Below are positions 8,174-11,455 of a DNA stretch of 11,455 nucleotides, piece after piece. Location of the stretch: the UHGV virus genome UHGV-0118720. One strand, 5' to 3'. The translations under genes and the position numbers were made by a program. The notes beneath the pieces were generated by a model, which did not search any database, was not told the origin of the DNA, and saw nothing but the letters and a program-made list of their open reading frames with translations. The DNA is from a virus. Within the stretch, counting starts at the first letter, position 1; each line of letters opens with the position of its first letter.

Positions 8174-9539
8174 TGCTGATTATATAGACCAACTTCCAGT
8201 CAATCTTTTAGCTACGCCCAAGGAGGTGTTGAATTCATCGGGATATCTTCGCTCATTCCCGGGCATTGCAAAACGTTCTGATGTGAACGGTGTATCTCGC
8301 GGCGTCGAGTACAACATGGCGCAGAATGCTGTTTATCGTGTGTGTGGTGGCAAGCTGTACAAAGGAGAAAGTGAAGTCGGTGACGTTGCCGGAAGTGGTC
8401 GCGTATCAATGGCGCATGGTCGTATATCACAGGCGGTAGGGGTTAACGGGAAACTGGTCGAGTATCGCTATGATGGCACGATTAAAACCGTCTCAAACTG
8501 GCCTACAGACAGCGGATTCACGCAGTATGAGTTAGGATCAGTCCGCGACATTACGCGCTTACGTGGGCGTTATGCGTGGTCAAAAGACGGCACTGATTCA
8601 TGGTTTATCACTGACCTTGAAGACGAATCGCATCCTGACCGTTACAGCGCACAATATCGCGCAGAATCGCAGCCTGACGGCATCATCGGCATAGGAACAT
8701 GGCGAGACTTCATCGTCTGCTTTGGTTCATCGACGATTGAATATTTCTCCCTGACTGGCGCAACCACAGTTGGTGCTGCTTTGTATGTCGCACAGCCATC
8801 ACTGATGGTGCAGAAAGGCATTGCCGGGACTTACTGCAAAACGCCATTCGCTGATTCGTATGCGTTCATCAGCAATCCGGCAACAGGTGCGCCGTCTGTA
8901 TACATCATCGGCTCCGGTCAGGTGTCACCAATCGCCAGCGCGAGCATTGAGAAAATCCTCCGCTCCTACACTGCTGATGAACTGGCTGATGGTGTGATGG
9001 AATCGCTGCGATTTGATGCTCATGAGTTGCTGATTATCCACCTTCCGCGCCATGTTCTCGTGTACGACGCATCTTCAAGCGCCAATGGTCCGCAATGGTG
9101 TGTGCTGAAAACAGGTCTGTATGACGATGTGTACCGCGCTATCGACTTCATTTACGAAGGCAATCAGATAACGTGCGGCGATAAACTGGAGTCCGTGACC
9201 GGGAAATTGCAATTCGACATCAGCAGCCAGTACGACAAGCAACAGGAACACCTGCTGTTTACTCCACTGTTCAAAGCGGATAACGCCAGATGCTTCGATC
9301 TGGAGGTGGAATCATCCACTGGCGTAGCTCAGTACGCCGACCGCCTGTTCCTCTCTGCAACCACTGACGGCATAAATTACGGGCGTGAGCAGATGATTGA
9401 ACAGAATGAACCGTTCGTTTACGACAAGCGTGTTTTGTGGAAGCGTGTCGGGCGCATCAGGAAAAACATTGGCTTCAAATTGCGCGTTATCACGAAGTCA
9501 CCTGTCACTCTGTCTGGCTGCCAGATAAGGATTGAGTAA
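8121..9539 (+). CDS. Tail hub / needle-socket protein (P22 gp10-like), full length with a chimeric N-terminus
   Basis: 472 codons from ATG 8121; the ORF track's 8112 start is TTG and less likely. From about codon 32 ([19 protein letters not shown]...) to the end it matches my recollection of P22 gp10. The first 31 codons are a recoded variant of the upstream remnant. Confidence 0.9.
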   Translation: MAIQQLPLMKGLGKSAVNADYIDQLPVNLLATPKEVLNSSGYLRSFPGIAKRSDVNGVSRGVEYNMAQNAVYRVCGGKLYKGESEVGDVAGSGRVSMAHGRISQAVGVNGKLVEYRYDGTIKTVSNWPTDSGFTQYELGSVRDITRLRGRYAWSKDGTDSWFITDLEDESHPDRYSAQYRAESQPDGIIGIGTWRDFIVCFGSSTIEYFSLTGATTVGAALYVAQPSLMVQKGIAGTYCKTPFADSYAFISNPATGAPSVYIIGSGQVSPIASASIEKILRSYTADELADGVMESLRFDAHELLIIHLPRHVLVYDASSSANGPQWCVLKTGLYDDVYRAIDFIYEGNQITCGDKLESVTGKLQFDISSQYDKQQEHLLFTPLFKADNARCFDLEVESSTGVAQYADRLFLSATTDGINYGREQMIEQNEPFVYDKRVLWKRVGRIRKNIGFKLRVITKSPVTLSGCQIRIE

Positions 9540-10303
9540 TGGCGGATTCGAATCTCAATGTGCCGGTAATCATTCAGGCTGCACGGCTCGACACATCAGT
9601 CCTTCCACGCAATATCTTCTCGCAGTCGTATCTGCTTTACGTTATCGCACAGGGCACTGATGTTGGTAACGTGGCTAACAAGGCCAACGAGGCCGGACAG
9701 GGCGCTTATGATGCACAGGTCAGGAACGATGAGCAGGATGTGATTCTCGCTGACCATGAGCAGCGAATTTCTGCTGCGGAAGCAACGCTTGTTAATCATG
9801 AGGAGCGAATCAGCCAGGCAGAATCAACTCTTCAGGAACATGAAACGCGCATCGATGCTCTTGAGTATGCCACTACTCGTAAGAAATCAGAGGTTGTTTA
9901 CTCTGGCGTATCAGTAACAATCCCGACAGCGCCTACCAACCTTGTTAGCCTGCTGAAAACGCTCACGCCGTCATCCGGCACGTTGGCACCATTCTTCGAC
10001 ACCGTTAACAACAAGATGGTTGTGTTCAACGAGAACAAAACTTTGTTCTTCAAGCTGTCTATTGTCGGGACGTGGCCCAGCGGAACCACCAACAGGTCAA
10101 TGCAGCTAACATTTTCCGGCTCTGTTCCTGACACACTGGTCAGCAGTCGTAATGCGGCGACAACAACCGACAACATCCTGTTAGCTACGTTCTTCAGCGT
10201 GGATAAAGACGGATCTCTTGCCACAAATGGCAGTACGTTAACCATCCAGTCAAATGGTGCGGCGTTTACTGCCACAACCATCAAGATAATCGCGGAGCAG
10301 TGA
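9539..10303 (+). CDS. Tail needle protein (P22 gp26-like N-terminus and coiled coil, plus a C-terminal knob domain)
   Basis: ATG overlaps the gp10-like stop (TAATG). The N-terminus [18 protein letters not shown]...[14 protein letters not shown]...[13 protein letters not shown]...DEQDV matches my recollection of gp26. A short coiled coil with three 14-residue repeats is followed by a roughly 140-aa Thr/Ser-rich beta-type domain absent from P22 gp26. Confidence 0.88.
   Translation: MADSNLNVPVIIQAARLDTSVLPRNIFSQSYLLYVIAQGTDVGNVANKANEAGQGAYDAQVRNDEQDVILADHEQRISAAEATLVNHEERISQAESTLQEHETRIDALEYATTRKKSEVVYSGVSVTIPTAPTNLVSLLKTLTPSSGTLAPFFDTVNNKMVVFNENKTLFFKLSIVGTWPSGTTNRSMQLTFSGSVPDTLVSSRNAATTTDNILLATFFSVDKDGSLATNGSTLTIQSNGAAFTATTIKIIAEQ
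9755..9880 (+). repeat. Three tandem 42-nt (14-codon) repeats encoding the coiled-coil segment of the tail needle
   Basis: Units begin with CAT GAG/GAA at 9755, 9797 and 9839, encoding [14 protein letters not shown] / [14 protein letters not shown] / [14 protein letters not shown]. Confidence 0.55.
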
Positions 10304-10758
10304 TGATTCAGTTCAAACCAACGCGAAACATCGACCTGATCGAAGCAGTCGGAAATCACCCTGACATTATTGCCGGGAGCAACAACGGTGATGGATACGA
10401 CTACAAACCTGATTGCCGTTACTTTGAGGTGAACGTGCACGGGCAGTTCGGCGGCATTGTTTACTATCAGGAGATTCAGCCGCTGACATTCGATTGCCAC
10501 GCCATGTACCTGCCAGAGGTTCGTGGATTCAGCAAGGAAATCGGGCTGGCGTTCTGGCGATACATTCTGACTAACACCACCGTTCAGTGCGTCACATCGT
10601 TCGCTGCACGCAAATTCCGCCACGGTCAGATGTATTGCGCAATGATTGGCCTTAATCGTGTAGGAACCATCAAGAAATACTTCAAAGGCGTGGATGACGT
10701 GACGTTTTACAGCGCCACACGCGAAGAACTAATCGACTTCCTGAATCACGGGAGATAG
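10303..10758 (+). CDS. P22 gp14-like virion protein (assigned by synteny; function uncertain)
   Basis: About 151-aa ORF whose ATG (10303) overlaps the needle stop (TGATG); a GTG at 10300 is an alternative start. It sits between the needle and gp7-like genes, as gene 14 does in P22. No motif recognised. Confidence 0.55.
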   Translation: MIQFKPTRNIDLIEAVGNHPDIIAGSNNGDGYDYKPDCRYFEVNVHGQFGGIVYYQEIQPLTFDCHAMYLPEVRGFSKEIGLAFWRYILTNTTVQCVTSFAARKFRHGQMYCAMIGLNRVGTIKKYFKGVDDVTFYSATREELIDFLNHGR

Positions 10759-10760
10759 CT

Positions 10761-11453
10761 ATGTTATATGCATTTAAGCTGGGCAGAAAACTGCGCGGCG
10801 AGGAACCTTATTGCCCTGAAAAAGGCGGGAAAGGTGGCAGTTCTGATAAAAGCGCAAAGTATGCCGCAGAAGCTCAGAAGTATGCCGCAGACCTGCAAAA
10901 TCAGCAGTTCAACACCATCATGAACAACCTGAAGCCGTTTACTCCTCTGGCTGATAAGTATGTCGGAAGCCTCGAAAACTTATCGTCTCTGGAGGGGCAA
11001 GGTCAGGCGCTTAACCAGTATTACAACTCTCAGCAGTACAAAGATCTTGCTGGTCAGGCTCGCTATCAGAGTCTGGCGGCAGCGGAAGCAACAGGTGGAT
11101 TGGGTTCCACCGCAACCAGTAATCAGTTAGCAACAATCGCACCAACGCTTGGTCAGCAATGGCTATCTGGTCAGATGAACAACTACCAGAATCTGGCAAA
11201 TATTGGTCTTGGCGCACTGCAAGGTCAGGCAAACGCCGGGCAGACATATGCCAACAACATGAGTCAGATTTCGCAGCAAAGTGCGGCTCTTGCAGCGGCA
11301 AATGCCAACAGACCATCAGCAATGCAATCTGCTATTGGCGGAGGTGCGTCTGGTGCTATTGCTGGGGCCGGACTTGCGAAATTAATTGGCTCATCAACTC
11401 CGTGGGGGGCTGCGATCGGCGGCGGTCTTGGTCTGCTTGGCTCGTTGTTTTAA
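10761..11453 (+). CDS. Ejection (injection) protein, P22 gp7-like
   Basis: 230-aa ORF with RBS GGGAGA at 10750-10755. It has a basic N-terminus (MLYAFKLGRKLRGEEP...GGKGGSS), a Gln/Ala/Asn-rich body and a Gly/Ala-rich hydrophobic C-terminus. Size and position match P22 gp7 (about 229 aa). Stop is 2 nt from the window end. Confidence 0.75.
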   Translation: MLYAFKLGRKLRGEEPYCPEKGGKGGSSDKSAKYAAEAQKYAADLQNQQFNTIMNNLKPFTPLADKYVGSLENLSSLEGQGQALNQYYNSQQYKDLAGQARYQSLAAAEATGGLGSTATSNQLATIAPTLGQQWLSGQMNNYQNLANIGLGALQGQANAGQTYANNMSQISQQSAALAAANANRPSAMQSAIGGGASGAIAGAGLAKLIGSSTPWGAAIGGGLGLLGSLF

Positions 11454-11455
11454 GG

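Larger units (their letters stand above)
7541..8213 (+). mobile_element. Homing-endonuclease cassette: leader with promoter-like element, HNH endonuclease gene, and recoded replacement 5' end of the gp10-like gene
   Basis: Left edge is where the remnant loses similarity (7541). Right edge is the last recoded codon (8211-8213), after which the downstream sequence looks native. The block is AT-richer than its flanks by hand counts. Confidence 0.7.

Noticed and set aside
7541-8213. Possibility that the insertion is a group I or group II intron with an intron-encoded endonuclease
   Set aside because: The endonuclease plus leader fill almost the whole insert, leaving no room for a ribozyme core. 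The upstream exon-like segment ends in A, not the U expected at a group I 5' splice site. The downstream gene is already intact and in frame from its own ATG, so no splicing is needed.
7448-9539. Possibility that the endonuclease is an intein within the tail-hub protein
   Set aside because: The endonuclease has its own RBS, start and stop, and is out of frame with both tail-hub segments. No intein splicing-block motifs are seen at the junctions.
1-11455. Scan for tRNA, rRNA or CRISPR arrays, or an integrase/attachment site
   Set aside because: The only sizeable non-coding stretches (about 1..200, 4511..4600, 6767..6807, 7553..7588) are too short and lack repeat-spacer periodicity or tRNA-like structure. 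The window looks internal to the late operon.

Overview
The window is a single-strand, tightly packed virion-assembly (late) gene block of a P22-like short-tailed phage or prophage, interrupted by one accessory insertion. All credible genes are on the + strand, in the P22 order 3-2-1-8-5-4-10-26-14-7: small terminase, large terminase, portal, scaffold, coat, gp4-like adaptor, gp10-like tail hub, tail needle, gp14-like protein and gp7-like ejection protein. Most junctions are stop/start overlaps (ATGA, TAATG, TGATG). The main anomaly is a free-standing HNH homing-endonuclease gene inserted into the 5' end of the gp10-like gene at 7541..8213. It leaves a 34-codon 5' remnant upstream and supplies a heavily recoded, AT-richer replacement 5' end to the full-length gene downstream. 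Other points are a hairpin terminator after the coat gene, a knob-bearing tail needle with 42-nt repeats, and a chain of micro-ORFs upstream of the terminase genes. No tRNA, rRNA or CRISPR array was seen. Family assignments rest on recalled protein similarity and synteny, not on any database search; novelty cannot be judged without one.
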